Positions 1 through 13,744 of a stretch of 64,000 bases of DNA are shown piece after piece. Both the position numbers and the translations under genes were made by a program. The first letter of the stretch is position 1; each line of letters opens with the position of its first letter. Source of the DNA: Owenia fusiformis (Eukaryota); assembly GCA_903813345.2 (NCBI GenBank), contig CAIIXF020000001.1:13888001-13952000 (forward strand), given 5' to 3'. Under the pieces are notes generated by a model that made no database searches, was not told the DNA's origin, and saw only the letters and a list, made by a program, of their open reading frames with translations.

Positions 1-972
1 CAAAATGGCCACCATTTTTGTCTCGCGAAATTTACTTTTGACCCATTTCCTAGCTTTACAAATAATTTCAAGTGTCCTATCGAAAAATCCATGTCAATGT
101 AAAGAGTAGATGTATGAAATAATTTTGTTCCCAAAATCAGCAAAAAATTATTGATTTGTCCATCTGTCTCACAAAATCCAATTTTGGATCATTTGCCTTG
201 AACCCTCTGTCAATAGGATTCCCGTTTTAAGTTAATTTTGTTCAACATCAATACAAAAAAAAACTCTCCTATGACTCTTGGTTCAAAAGCTCGCCTTTTT
301 CAAAATGGTCGCCATTTTTGTCTTGCGAAATTCACTTTTGGCCCATTTCCTAGCTTTACAAGTAATTTCAGCTGTCCTGCATTGTAAAAAGCCATGTCAC
401 TGTAAAGAGTAGTTGTATGAAATAAAATCGGCAAAATATTATATCCGTTTTTTTATTTTCAGCCATTTTAGTTAACATTGATTTGTCCATCTGTCTCGCA
501 AAATCCTCTTTTTATACCATTTGCCTTAAAACCTCTGTCGATAGGATTCCAGTTTCAAGTATTTTCATTCAACATCAATACAAAAAATTCCTCTATGACT
601 CCTGGTTCAAAAGCTTACCTACTTTCATAATGGTTGCCATTTTTGTCTCGCGAAATTCAATTTTGGCCCATTTCCTAGCTTTACAAATAATTTCTGGTGT
701 CCTGCATTGCAAAAAGCCATGTCACTGTAAAGAGTAGTTGTATGATATAATTTTGTTACAAACAATTTGCAAAAAATTATATCCGTTTTTTTCAGCCATT
801 TTACTTAACATGGATTTGTCCATCTGTCTCTCAGTCAGTCCAAATAGTGGCAAGTGGCTTGAAATTTTGTTACAAAAAATCAGCAAAAAATTATATTGTT
901 TTCTTATTTTCTGTCATTTTAGCCATCATTCACTTTTGAGCAACACCATGTGAGCCCAGTACCCACAGTACT
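1..972 (+). mobile_element. 3' part of a HINE-like (Helentron-associated) element with ~300-340-bp internal tandem repeats
   Basis: Repeating CAAAATGG..CATTTTTGTCT.GCGAAAT core; ends CACCATGTGAGCCCAGTACCCAC, the same as the copy at 42701-44243. Confidence 0.7.
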
Positions 973-1042
973 ATTTTATTTATTCATGGATAAACCTATG
1001 TTCCCCATGATATGAAAGTTTATTTCATTAAAAAGTTCTGAT

Positions 1043-2310
1043 AATTCACCTTTCCACAAAGTAAAGAAAATCGATAATTTCTGGTGCGCTGATTGGTTGT
1101 ATGCAAATGAGTCAAATAAATGACATCAATGCCTGAAAGTTTTGAAGATTTGAGTACAGCCAGCATTGGCATATTTTGAATTAACTGCAATAAAAAGGAT
1201 TCTATTTGCCTAATGCACTAATTGTTTTTAATCAAATATGAAATATGGACGGGGCACTTTCATTCTGAACCTTATGTAATTTAATTTAATCATTTTTTGA
1301 CAGAACTATTGTTTATTAAGACTTCTTACATAAGCCTCACATACCTGGGCTCACATGTCTCATGCGACTGGTATTACTTGGGACTCAAACATCCCAAACT
1401 AAAGTGAAAATGTAATATTATGATTAAGTTACTATGTGGTATACATAATTTAGAAATTAACAACTATGCTTTACCTAGAGAAAATAGGGAGTGTAAGAAA
1501 TGTAATAATAACTCATTAGAGAATCTTTACCATTTTATTATTATGGGTTGTTATAATTATGTTGATATCAGAAAGGTGATGATTGAAAATCCTACATTTA
1601 TGTTTATATAACATTATTTTAGGCATTTACTTCCCAATGGAAAATTGGGATAATGTTTTGATTATTTCATGTAAGAATGTCTCAATTATGTACCAAAGAT
1701 GTTTTGGCTGATTTATCAATGTATCCATTGTTATTTTGGGTCTAAATTTGCTTATGTATACATGTATAATTCATGATATTGTAATTGTTTAATTAGCATA
1801 AGGTATAGTGTAAGATTGTTTTAATTGTCAAACTATTCTTCAGTATTGAAGGCTAAATAAATAAATAAATAAATGAATAAATAACTAAATCCTATGATAA
1901 CTAGATTAACTTAAAATAGATTTATTTTTATGCATGAGAGACATGTTTAAATGTTGGTGAACTAATGATTATGGTAATTTCACCTGTTCGCATCCAGTTC
2001 CTATCATGATTGAAAACTGACCGGGAGTAATTCTCTTCAAATTATTTACTCATTAAGAACAGGAATTTAATATTTAAATCGCTTAGAACGCGTAAATAAA
2101 TGTCAATTTGACATTCAATAAAAATCCTTCAATAATTTACTGATTACTTTGCACATTTGAACAGGTAAAACTTACAGCAATCAACTGAGGATCTACATGT
2201 AAACTTGATTGCATTTGTTTTTCGCGGGAAAAAGTTTCTCTCATTGACGTCACAGATTTTTAAGCAGCTCATTATAATATTCATGAGCTGACTTTATGGA
2301 AAGGTGAATT
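1043..2310. mobile_element. Unclassified non-autonomous TIR element containing a LINE 3' fragment
   Basis: AATTCACCTTTCCACAAAGT at 1043 and ACTTTATGGAAAGGTGAATT ending at 2310 (20-bp TIR, one mismatch). Confidence 0.65.
1420..1885 (+). mobile_element. 5'-truncated LINE remnant (ORF2 C-terminal Cys/His domain plus (AATA)n tail)
   Basis: HNLEI...PRENRECKKC...ENLYHFIIMGC..Y.DIRK, followed by an AATA-repeat tail at ~1856-1884. Confidence 0.6.
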
Positions 2311-2807
2311 CTGAGTCAGTTTGTGATTTTCATTCTTAGACCTGCCTTTTATAGTTAATAATGAGTTTATCTCCAAAATGTCAACATGGTACTAATAGGA
2401 ATTAAATGTGGGTCATTTTATAAATCTTGCTAATACATTTGTTTTGTTGTTATCCCTCTGAGGTTGACACTCATGTGATCATTTGGAATACTGGAACATG
2501 ACCATTGCTTTTCAGTGTATTATTTAAATTAGTAAATGTTAATGATTTCAATAATGCATGTAAATATAAATAATAAATAAAAGGTTATATTACATTGTTA
2601 ATTATTTTTGAATTATCCAATATTTGATTTCAAAAGATGTCTTAAATTAAATAATAGTGACAACTTGATGAATTATCCTTGAGCTTTACTGTTTTTTGAA
2701 TACTTTTACAGCTTTCTATTCAAAGAATCATGCAAAATGCTAGATTTTCAGAAATGAATGACTTATATACTCATTGTAAAATTGAATTAGACATCACACA
2801 AATGAAT

Positions 2808-2939
2808 AGGGTTGAGTTTTACTAGGGTTGAGTTTTACAGGGTTGAGTTGACTTGGGGCTGAGTTTTACTGGGGTTGACTTGACTTGGGATTGAGTTGGA
2901 CTGGGTTGAGTTGACTTGGGGTTGAGATGACCTGTCACC
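2808..2939. repeat. ~16-bp tandem repeat (GGGTTGAGTTGACTT), possibly a transposon subterminal array
   Basis: About eight degenerate tandem units. Confidence 0.7.
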
Positions 2940-3193
2940 TATATGAATTGATTCTTAACTGTTAAAGTTTCATGTATTGTATTTTATATAACGATCCAAA
3001 TTAATAAAAACAATTTAATTGATGGTGAAGTCCTATAATTTGAATCTTATACATACACTTATTTACATGAAGAGGTTCTGTGTTATGTAAGATATCTCTA
3101 CAATACATGCACTTGTAATTGAAATACATGTTTCTAGCGTCAGAATGTAAAGTGCTATTTCATTTATTGAGAAGTTATGTTTTTATTTTTCAG

Positions 3194-3459
3194 ATGATGC
3201 CGTTTCACCCGCTATCCAGACCAACATTTCTCTACATAACCTACTGGTCAGTACGAGATATTGTGATAAATCACGGCCTCTGATTGGTCCATTGATGGCC
3301 AATATTGATGTCAATGCCACCTGGTGCCAACATAGCGGTTCAGAAAATCTGCCAAAGATTGTACTCATTTTAGATCTAGGTGCTGTTCAAATGTACTTTG
3401 GACAGGAGCATGTCTTGTGTACTGATGTACTGTTGAAAGAAATTCAGAATGCTTTCAAG
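3194..3459 (+). CDS. VPS13B: VPS13B internal exon (DAVSPAIQ...ATWCQHSGSENLPKIVLILDLGAVQMYFGQEHVLC...AFK)
   Basis: ttttcag acceptor at 3193, GTGAGT donor at 3460, open frame; resembles the recalled human VPS13B segment WCKHSG...PKISIDL...QVFWGQEHLNC. Confidence 0.88.
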
Positions 3460-3926
3460 GTGAGTTTGGGATTATCCGGGCTTGCTGGTAGAAACTTAAA
3501 CATTACTTGATTAGATTTATACATGTAAATGAAGATGAATAATAAATGAAGATAGACTACAGGCAGGGTTGGCAAAGAAGAAGTTAAACATTTTCATGTT
3601 ACCAACAGAAGTGGTGACATATTGTTATAGTCTTCAATCTTTTGTGGATGGTGTTTGGGGTCGACACCTGTAGCAAATGACAGGTGGTGACATTTTGTAT
3701 GTAAATGCCTTGTTAATTTCTGCCAACCAAAACACATATCTGAACAACCTGTCTATAGCCTTTTTGGTACTGAGTTCTGATTCTGTGTTGGCTAATCTCA
3801 AATACATTCAAAATAGATTCTATATTTTAAAACAAAGATGCATAATACGTATGAATGATTAATTCGTGTTTCTATTATAGAAATGATCCCTTGTTTATTG
3901 ATAAATATGATATGCATTCTTTTTAG

Positions 3927-4262
3927 AAGGCCTCTGAAAACAAGAAAACTGAGTCAAAATCTAGTCCACGTACAAAAAAGAAAGCAAAACAGCAGGCTGA
4001 ATCTCCTCAAGCAAACACTACCAGTGAAGATGACCTTCGCAGCGAGAGGTTTGAGTTGATTGTTGTTGAAGATGAGATAGATCAGAAGAGTCATGAGATG
4101 CTTCCCCAACCTGCTGAGATTCTCTCCTATGAGTACAGCATACACGGAAGTCTTACATGGTGCTACAATGAGCCAAGAGTTATAACTCGTCTGGAGGTCC
4201 ACCCTGTGCCATTTACACTTCCTCCAAATGCTGGACAGTTCATCATGGATGAGACTGCAACT
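3927..4262 (+). CDS. VPS13B: VPS13B internal exon (...SEDDLRSERF...GSLTWCYNEPRVITRLEVHPVPF...)
   Basis: ttttag acceptor, GTGAGT donor at 4263, 336 nt phase 0/0; resembles recalled VPS13B SDDLR...WRYPEPRVLT...ITPVPF. Confidence 0.88.
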
Positions 4263-4310
4263 GTGAGTTATAATCAAATTTTTAGCTTCAATTTTTAGTT
4301 CACTCTTTTG

Positions 4311-4608
4311 CACCATTCAAAGGTTTCAGACCCCCAAGCGGGAAGTGTTGGGGATTCTGACAAATGAAAATTGGCTTTCAAATTATCTACCCTAAGAGCT
4401 ACCCTGCAAGTCAATTTCTCCCATGCTGGGAGCAATATTAATTGGTCAATTATATATACAGTAGTAAAAATTGCTATTATCTGGATAATGCACTACAAAG
4501 TCCATACTTCCAGGATGGAGCGCTATGTCAAATCCCATCCTCTGAGACAATACCGCATGTCAATTTCCTTACCTCCTTAATAGGAGGGGGATTGTCCTTT
4601 GAATGGTG
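4311..4608. mobile_element. Small TIR element in a VPS13B intron
   Basis: 13-bp perfect TIR CACCATTCAAAGG / CCTTTGAATGGTG. Confidence 0.5.
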
Positions 4609-4708
4609 TATGTAGCGAAAGGATATAATCCTATCCTAAATGGTCTTTTCCTATACAGTATACAATTATAACCACTGTGTTTATATTATGATATATCTAC
4701 TGTTTCAG

Positions 4709-4899
4709 GTACCATGCATGCTACAATACATGGATCCTATATCACACGAATTCCTAGATTTTAGGGATTTACATCTATCAGAGAATACTGTACATACTGT
4801 TGACCTACCCCCAGTCACCAAGGCATTCAATGCTGACCTTGTACCAGCTAGTGTATGGAGAATACAGATATGGCCAGAGCTACAGACGGAAGAATATGG
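4709..4899 (+). CDS. VPS13B: VPS13B internal exon (VPCMLQYMDPISHEFLDFRDLHLSE...VWRIQIW)
   Basis: tttcag acceptor, GTATGC donor at 4900; phase-2 end matches the next exon; resembles recalled VPCSLEYWDEL...FREFNLSE...LWRI. Confidence 0.87.
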
Positions 4900-5064
4900 G
4901 TATGCACGCTTAAATGTGAACTGCTATTCTAAAGATTTTTTGAAATAGCTTTTGTTTGTATAGCTTAGATTTTGTTTTATCAGTACATGTATTCCTTTTC
5001 CACCAAGTGTTAATGGGTTAGGGGCCAAAGGTCTCATATTCTTACTTGTGTGTTATTATTACAG

Positions 5065-5353
5065 GCAAGTACCTGAAGTAAATCCCAGAATTTTACTTGG
5101 AAGTATACAACTCGACTCATGTTTCCTACCTGCTCAAGTTCCCACCATCCAACTCGCCATAGCTGCTGACCTAGCCCAGTTACGCCTGTCTAATCACTTC
5201 AAACACCTACCTAAAGATGTCCCTAGTAAGCTGCATCCTTTTGAGTTCGACTCTACTATGCCTCAGGATCAAGAGTTTGCAGTGGTGACTATAGATGGCC
5301 CCACTGTATCATTGGCTCAAATACAAGGGATCCACTCGAGGCTGATGTTAGAT
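5065..5353 (+). CDS. VPS13B: VPS13B internal exon (QVPEVNPRILLGSIQLDSCFLPAQVP...LHPFEFDSTMPQDQEF...RLMLD)
   Basis: ttacag acceptor, GTAAGT donor at 5354; resembles recalled VDSCFTPWFVP...LQPF...MPSELEY. Confidence 0.88.
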
Positions 5354-6434
5354 GTAAGTTTCTGTATGTAGTACTTTATAATGTCCCCACCACATAGTGT
5401 AGGGCCTTATGATCGGCATCAGTACATCCGTCCGTCTCCCAATTAGTCATTCATATTTGGTGGAAAGGTGTATATTGGTAAATAGTTTTCTCAAGATGGC
5501 TTCCACTTTGAAAATGGCATGTTTTTGTGAAAATCTTGGTTTTTCATTTCAACCAAGTAAAGAGTACTACTGTTTGTAGTTTTGGTAGTATATCTATAAA
5601 ATTGATCATTTTCACATATATTCTTTGGTTTTCAACCTGAACACCAGAGGTGGTATATGGGTGGTGAATTGCCTGAATTTTTTCTCAGAATATTCTTTTT
5701 TTTTAATTTACAAGGTTTTAAATCTTATAGGTATTAAACTACCAGGTAATGCTAATTCACATATAGTACATGTTATTTGGCTGACCCCCAGGGGTCAGGT
5801 AGAGGTATGGGGGAAGGGAGTTGAACAAACTTTTGTTTTGAGATCTTTCTGAAGTATTATAGTACTTAAATGAAAAACATTTTAGAGTGGAATCAGAATA
5901 TTGCATCTTTTTCTGATTTGAGCCTATACAATCCTAAATGGCCACCCAATGTTTGGATTAGTAGTAATTAGAGATATCTTCAATAAAAGTATGACATGAC
6001 ATGTGCAGTATATTACATTTACGTTAAGCTATTATTTAAGAGTGCATCACATTTATAGTATTGCATCATTTATTCTTGCTTCAGAAAATATTTGAAGTGG
6101 GTAGGAATAGTAGAATTCTCAATAATTAGGAGATGGCAGTATTAAGTACTGAAATACCATATTATGACATTTTTTCAGATTAATGAATAATTTCTTCATT
6201 AAAATTTGCTACTCCTTGGAGTTGCTGTTTTTCTAGTTATGTTCTGTAAAATTACATATACTCGTACATACTAATACCTACTAGTAAACTAGACTACTAC
6301 TTTCATCATGTTTTAGTAATCTGCTAATTGGCATAATTACATAGTTGTGAAAAACTATTAATACCACTATTGATTGATAACAGTTATTTAATTGTTCAGA
6401 AACTTCAGAAAACTTTTTGTAAAATGTCATATTC

Positions 6435-9400
6435 TTAAGAGTCTAACAAGTCATCATAGACAAATGGTATTCCCTTCATTCTTTCCTTGTAGACTTTATT
6501 AAACAGCTCATTCTGTGCCACAGTAAAGTGTTCTTTCCATCCACCAACTACCCCTGAAATAAATGTAAAATATTTAATAGCAAATCACATATAGTTGTTG
6601 GATCAGGGATCATTAGAATGTTCATTTAGTTGATTTGTATATACTGTATTGTTAAGAATATGAATGCTCAAATATGAAGTTCTCATAGACTGTCATGAAT
6701 ATAGGGTTGGTAAAAATGTTGAAATTTTTGTAGATGTTTTCATACTCCGATCATCAAAGTTCAAGAAATCAGCTCAACTCTGTAAAATTAGTAACAGTGC
6801 TGCTGCATTATGGTTTCATAAAGAACTGAACAATGTCATTTTTTATAAAGGAGTTATAAGTACATTATATCTGAATTGCAATAAAGAACCCTGTATCATT
6901 CTTCAGATTTAAAATGATAATACAGTATGTTTACATTAAATGTGCAGCCTATTAGAGGAATAATGACAGCAGTAGAATAGGTGTAAGATACCCATCCCCT
7001 ATGGGCATAGCCAAAAATGAGGCAGGCGAGGAAATTTCCGCAGAAGAATTTCATATAAAAATATTAATTCAGATATACCAGCATTTTTCAAATAAACTGA
7101 AAATGAAATCTAACAATTGTAATTTTGTCTCATCTATTTTAAGATCTTAGCTATGCCCCCATCCCAGTTACATTTACACCCTTTACTTGGGATAAGATGA
7201 GATAATTATTACATGTTGATAATCATATATTAAAACCTTTTCTGAACATCACATCTGCCCCTCTTCCATCTCTTGCATATGGTTCGTATTATTTATTGCG
7301 AGACTTCATGACATCAATCTTTGTTTCATCAATGATTTGCTTATAGTCTTCTTCACCCCTGCTTACACCTATATATTCAGCTATCTTCTTTATGGTACCA
7401 AGTGTATCCTTAAAATATACATTTTCATCAATTAACCTATTAAATTAAAGTTGGATTTAATTGATTGATGTCTACATGGGGAAAATATTGAGGTACAGTG
7501 TGACATTTTGTTATTGAATGCTTATTTGAACAAGGGAGTTCATTTTTCATGTTATAATTCCTCATTATCCTACTGAACAAAGTTTAAGAACATTTTCCAA
7601 GGTGGCGGAATTCAAAATGGCCACCATTTCTTTATGAAAGAAATGTAATTTATGATCAATGAAATACCAGCTTTCGGATTTGATTCAAAATTTAGAGGCT
7701 GAAGTATTATGGGAATAGGACCTCTGTAGGACAAGCAAATTCCAATATGGCAACTTAATTCAAAATGGCTGCCACTTTTGAAATATTTTCAATGATGAGT
7801 GATTTAATAAATGTAGGGTGGTCCTAAAATATTACTCAATAAAGTCCCATTTCCAAAAACAAATACAACTAAAATGAACTACATCATTACTGGAACACCA
7901 TTTTACGAATATGTACCTTTTGAATCCCCTAATATTTAAAGAAATCACCATATGATACTGACATTTTTGGTTTCTTCATAAGTGAGGAACAGCATATCTA
8001 CATTTTCTGCTAGTTTCTTGTATTCTTGTATATGCTTGAACCAATCATTCCATGCCACTATAAATATAGGATTATACACAGTGTTAGCGAGTGTTGTGTA
8101 AGTGTGTTGAAGGTACAAACTTAAAATTAGAAATAGTCAATGAATCATTTTTTCATTTTTTAATTAAAACTTTCATTTACCAAAAAGGATGTTTAAAACA
8201 TATGGACAGTGCACACAAAAATATATTCAAATGGAAGAAATCAGATGGAAGTGTTTCAAATATATTGAAAATGTCTACATTTGTATGATTTGTGATAACT
8301 ATGACCCTTTTGGCTTTGGGAATTTTTACACATTATTATTTTTAACCCTATACATTACATCCTTTATGATTGAGGGACATGGGGTATAAATAGGAGGCAG
8401 ACAAATGGAACAGCCAAAATAACTGTATTTTTGATATTTTCACTAAGCTGGTCAATTTTCTCATATTTCATATTGATTGAGAAGATGTATTGCTTCCAAT
8501 TTTGTTATGTGTATCTTTCAATGTTTTCAAGTTCGTATTCTGCAGTTTGATTTCAACTTCATCATTTTGTTGGATTGTGATAGGACATTTAAAAACACTG
8601 ATAACATTTTTCAAATTTAAAAGTCCTCAAGATTGGCCAATCAAAATCAAGTATTTAGCAATGCTGTTTATTAAACTTACTAATCTTGACTATCTGTGCC
8701 AAAGTGTGGATGTAAGCTGATATTTTAATGAGAGTTGCTAGCCTTTAAGAAAACAATCTATGAATTCTTATTTTACCTTCTCCTTTAAGCCAATTAGGCA
8801 AGTAACCTTCCCATGTTCCGTTGTAGCCATAAAGAATTGATGCTAAATAATACTTGTATGAGCTATATGCTGCATCTTTGGGGTGACGCACAAGGTTGAT
8901 CGCCTTGCACTCGCTGGAATATTATTAGATGATATTTATCTGCAATTCAGTGCTAAAATGACACAAGTGATATTTTCCTCAATGGCACAAAATCTTATTT
9001 GAGATGTACATTTAGGTAATTTTGAATATTATGGAGTATTATTTAAAAACATTTTAAAGTTGATTTTTTATCAGTAGATGCCTTAACCTTTCAGATGGTA
9101 TATCTTATTAGAGGATACCATATTCTCTCAAATGAGTGCACAGTTCCAATGAGAGCACATGCTACTTTTATTTTGAATATGGTCTCAATAAAACACAAAG
9201 TTTAATGCATTATCCCACCAAACAAAGTTTGAAGGGATATAGAGCAGCTGCCCATCTATTTGTTTATTCGTTTGTTTGTCTGGACGATAACTGAAATACC
9301 AGTTGACAGATTTGGTTCAAATTTTATAGGCCTATGCCTTATGAGTGTAGGACCTCTGCTTGAGAAGTGTTTTTCATTATTACTGCTCAATTCTAAATGG

Positions 9401-12400
9401 CCACCGTCACCATTTTTTGTGAAAATGTTACCTTTACATGTAATAACTCAAATACCAGAAGAAGATGGAAGCTCAATTAAAAAATGGCTGCCATTTTTGT
9501 AAAAAACATAATATTTGATGATGAAATATCAATGGACAGATTTGGTTGAAATTTTACATACTGGTGATTGACATGGGTGTAGATCTTGCCGAAGGAGACA
9601 ATACTACTCAATTATTATTTCAACTTTTTTTTCTATCATGTACAGTTCAAAATGACAATGTAGTCTTTAAAATATGTTACCTTTGGTGGAATTTGCTACT
9701 CCATTGAGTTGGTGTTTTCTAGTTTTGATTATTAACACAATTAGATATTGATTGATGATTATATTTAACACTCATTAGGGAGAATATGGTAGTAATAAAG
9801 TTTGATAATTCTCTAAACCTCTCAAATCTTGCACTTAGAAAATAACAAGATTCTCCACATAATCCTGGAGAGAGCAATATGCCTATGTGCATAAATTGTC
9901 TTACTTCCATACTGTCTTTGGAATTGAACTTGGTAGTTGGTGTGTTCTGATAATTCTGGGAGAAGGCACTGAACCTATGACATTCTGTGTCGCTGACTCA
10001 GGCATACAGAACTCTTCCATACCCTTAGGGGCCTCTTGTAGTTCATGTGTCAGCCTGTATACTATATTCCATATCCAATGCTGCCCTTTAGAAAATCAGA
10101 GAATGATATATATATCATAGGTTAGGGGCCTCTTATAGTTCATGTGTCAGCCTGTATACTAAATTCCATGTCCAATGGTTCCCTTTGTAAATACAGAGAA
10201 TGATGTATAAGTCAGTTAGTCAAGGCCATAGCTGGGTTCAAAAATTAGGGGGAGTAGATTAGCTTTTATTCCAGGGTTAGAAAACAGCACCCTGACTACC
10301 AATGGCAAAAACCTGCCATTGCTGACTGCCAATGGCAAACACCTGCCGTTGCTGACTGCAAGTGGCAAACACCTGCCAATGGTAAACACCTGCTATTGCT
10401 GACTACCGATGGCAAACACCTGCCATTGCTGACTGCCAATGGCAAACACCTGCCATTGCTGACTACCAATGGAAAACACCTGCCATTACTGATTGTCAAT
10501 AGCAAACACCTGCCATTGGTGCCAATGGCAAACACCTGCCATTGCTGACTGCCAATGGCACACATCTGCCATTGCTGACTGCCAATGGCAAACACCTGCC
10601 ATTGCTGACTACCAATGGCAAACACCTGTCATTGCTGACTGCCAATGGCAAACACCTGCCATTGCTGACTGCCAATGGCAAACACCTGCCATTGCTGACT
10701 ACCTATGGCAAACACCTGCCATTGCTGACTGCCAATGGCAAACACCTGCCATTGCTGACTACCAATGGCAAACACCTGCCATTGTTATTGATGCCATTTT
10801 TGAACGTCAATGACAAACACCTGCCATTGCTGACTGCCAATGGCACACACCTGCCATTGCTGACTACCAATGGCAATCACCTGTCATTGCTGACTGCCAA
10901 TGGCAAACACCTGTTATTGCTGACTACCAAGGCAAACACCTGCCATTGCTGACTGTCAATGGCAAACACCTGCCATTGCTGACTGCCAATGGCAAACACC
11001 TGCCATTGCTGACTGCCAATGGCAAACACCTGCCATTGCTGACTACCAATGGCAAACACCTGCCATTGTTATTGATGCCATTTTTGAACGTCAATGACAA
11101 ACACCTGCCATTGCTGACTGCCAATGGCACACACCTGCCATTGCTGACTACCAATGGCAATCACCTGTCATTGCTGACTGCCAATGGCAAACACCTGTTA
11201 TTGCTGACTACCAAGGCAAACACCTGCCATTGCTGACTGTCAATGGCAAACACCTGCCATTGCTGACTGCCAATGGCAAACACCTGCCATTGCTGACTGC
11301 CAATGGCAAACACCTGCCATTGCTGACTACCAATGGCAAACACCTGCCATTGCTGACTGCCAATGCCAAACATCTGCCATTGCTGACTACCAATGGCAAA
11401 CACCTGCCATTGCTGACTGCCTATGGCAAATACCTGTTATTGCTGACTACCAATGGCAAACACCTGCCATTGCTGACTTCCAATGGCAAACACCTGCCAT
11501 TGCTGACTGCCTATGGCAAATACCTGCCATTGCTGACTACCAATGGCAAACACCTGCCATTGCTGACTGCCAATGGCAAACACCTGCCATTGCTGACTGC
11601 CTATGGCAAATACCTGTTATTGCTGACTACCAATGGCAAACACCTGCCATTGCTGACTGCCTATGGCAAATACCTGTTATTGCTGACTACAAATGGCAAA
11701 AACCTGCCATTGCTGACTGCCTATGGCAAATACCTGTTATTGCTGACTACCAATGGCAAACACCTGCCATTGCTGACTACAAATGGCAAAAACCTACCAT
11801 CACTGACTGCCAATTGCTGACTGCCAATGACAAACACCTGCCATAACTGTCTGCCAATTGTGAACACCTGTTATTGATGACTGCCAATGGCAAACACCTG
11901 CCATTGCTGACTGCCAGTGGCAGATACCTGCCATTGCTGACTGCCAATGGCAAACACCTGTCATTGCTGACTGCCAATGGCAAACACCTGTTATTTCTGA
12001 CTGCCAATGGCAAACACCTGCCATTGCTGACTGCCAATGGCAAACACCTGCCATTGCTGACTGCCAATGACAAACACCTGCCAATGCTGACTGCCAATGG
12101 CACACACCTGCCATTGCTGACTGCCAATGGCAAACACCTGCCATTGCTGACTGCCAATGGCAAACACCTGCCATTGTCATTGATGCCATTAACAATGACA
12201 TTGCTGCTTAATGATCAATAGACTAAATGCATTGTCTTCAACCTTAGTTGTAAGTGTCCTTATTTTCAACCATTGTTTCAGGAGCAAGGCATTCTTCTTT
12301 GGTCTGATTTATTAAACTAAAATCTGGAATATCTTGTGTTGATTTTGTTCTTATTTTTTATAAGTCAACCCTAAAAACAACATTAAATATAATTTCTCAC

Positions 12401-12783
12401 ATTGCTTTTCTTTTTTCTAATTCTAAATAGTGCCTGAAAAAGATTAACAGTAGGCTTTAAATTTAAAAAAACAATAACATATCATGATGTTAAAATCAGT
12501 ACTACTCGGATAGCAAATCAAGAAAAACAATAAAATAAAGTCAAACAATAATGCATTACTTACCAGACCTTGGATATGAAAAGAACCATATGTCATCAGC
12601 CCTGACTTCAAAATCTTTCATTTAATCATGAATCGTTGGTCTAATAAACTGTGGATAGATATATCCATCTACTTTGTGTACAGGGAATGGTTCTCCCAGA
12701 TCATCCTTTATGATTGTAGGTGTTCCTTTAGTGACAACCATATCATCAAAAATGCCACCAACTGCATAGTTTATTTCTGCCAT
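6435..12783 (-). pseudogene. Cytosolic sulfotransferase copy A, two nonsense codons
   Basis: Exons 12783-12564, 10085-9905, 8913-8777, 8057-7963, 7408-7237, 6553-6435 with GT/AG; TAA at 12622-12624 (TAC in copies C and D) and TAA at 7289-7291 (GAA in B, C, D). Confidence 0.88.
10292..12180. repeat. 30-bp minisatellite (CCAATGGCAAACACCTGCCATTGCTGACTG)n, ~60 units, SULT A intron 1
   Basis: Period-30 tandem array; internal 284-bp higher-order duplication (marker GTTATTGATGCCATTTTTGAACG at ~10784 and ~11068). Confidence 0.95.
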
Positions 12784-13744
12784 TTTCACCCAGTCCTCTG
12801 TACTATCAAGGCAGTTATATCCTTTTCTATTGACATGCCATGTCAGTTTGTCCTACACAGGTTCAATTAAAGGTGTAGTATGCCCATATATGATTGCCAG
12901 AATTGAAAATTAAATGGCAAGAAAGGTATTTTTAAGTTTTCCCCTTTACTTCTAATGCTATAGTTATTAAGTTACATAGTAAATTAAGATGTTCCAATGA
13001 GGTAGCCAGGAAGAAAAAAGCGACGAGGCGAAAAATATTTCCAAACCTTGCCTTGCTTTCCTGGCAATAGAAGGACATAATGATAAACCTTACTTAATGA
13101 GATTGTTTACAATTGAATCAAAAATTGATGATTTAAGTGCTTAAAACACATATCAAGAAAAAGGATGAGTGTGCTAAGATGCATTAATTGTGAGTATTAA
13201 CTATAAAATTGAAACAAGCTTTCAAGAGTTCCTTGCAATACAAACACCAAAACACAACATGTTATCAGATATGAGTGTACACTTACACTTTAATTGACAG
13301 GCAAGTCCCTATTTAGAACATGTTGAAGTTTTATAATGGAATTACTAATTAATTACTAATAGTTTCAATTATTGTAGAGCCCATTTTGGCAGTTAGTGAT
13401 ATTTGTAGATAGAGGGGTGTTTAAAAGCATAATATACCTGTTATAAGTTATGCGTCTCAACAAATTTTTATACCAATAAAAAGATAAGACTTCATATTTG
13501 ATTATGTTTTTTATCTATCCTTTTTTTAGATTAGCATTTATTCTAAATGGGTATCAATTTATGATGGCTGCCATTTTCTGTGAAATAAATTTTTGGCTCT
13601 TTACCTTCTTGAATTTTTTTCATATTTTTAAAGATAAGGTCTGATTCTACCTTTTAATAAACGCCTAGAATATCAAAATCATGCAATGTACATATATTTT
13701 TATCAAAAACTATCTCTCATCTAGTTAATGATTAAGATGTCTTA

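Noticed and set aside
9887-10120. Recurrent + strand ORFs ([16 protein letters not shown]..., MNRWSNKLWI...) repeated along the array
   Set aside because: They are antisense shadows of SULT exons 2 and 1.
10292-12221. CRISPR-like array of palindromic 30-bp repeats, and the [10 protein letters not shown] / [10 protein letters not shown] repeat ORFs (also at 18.7-19.4, 26.4-26.9 and 31.9-32.1 kb)
   Set aside because: Units are directly adjacent with no unique spacers and no cas genes, in a eukaryotic intron; the ORFs arise because a 30-nt unit is stop-free in several frames on both strands.
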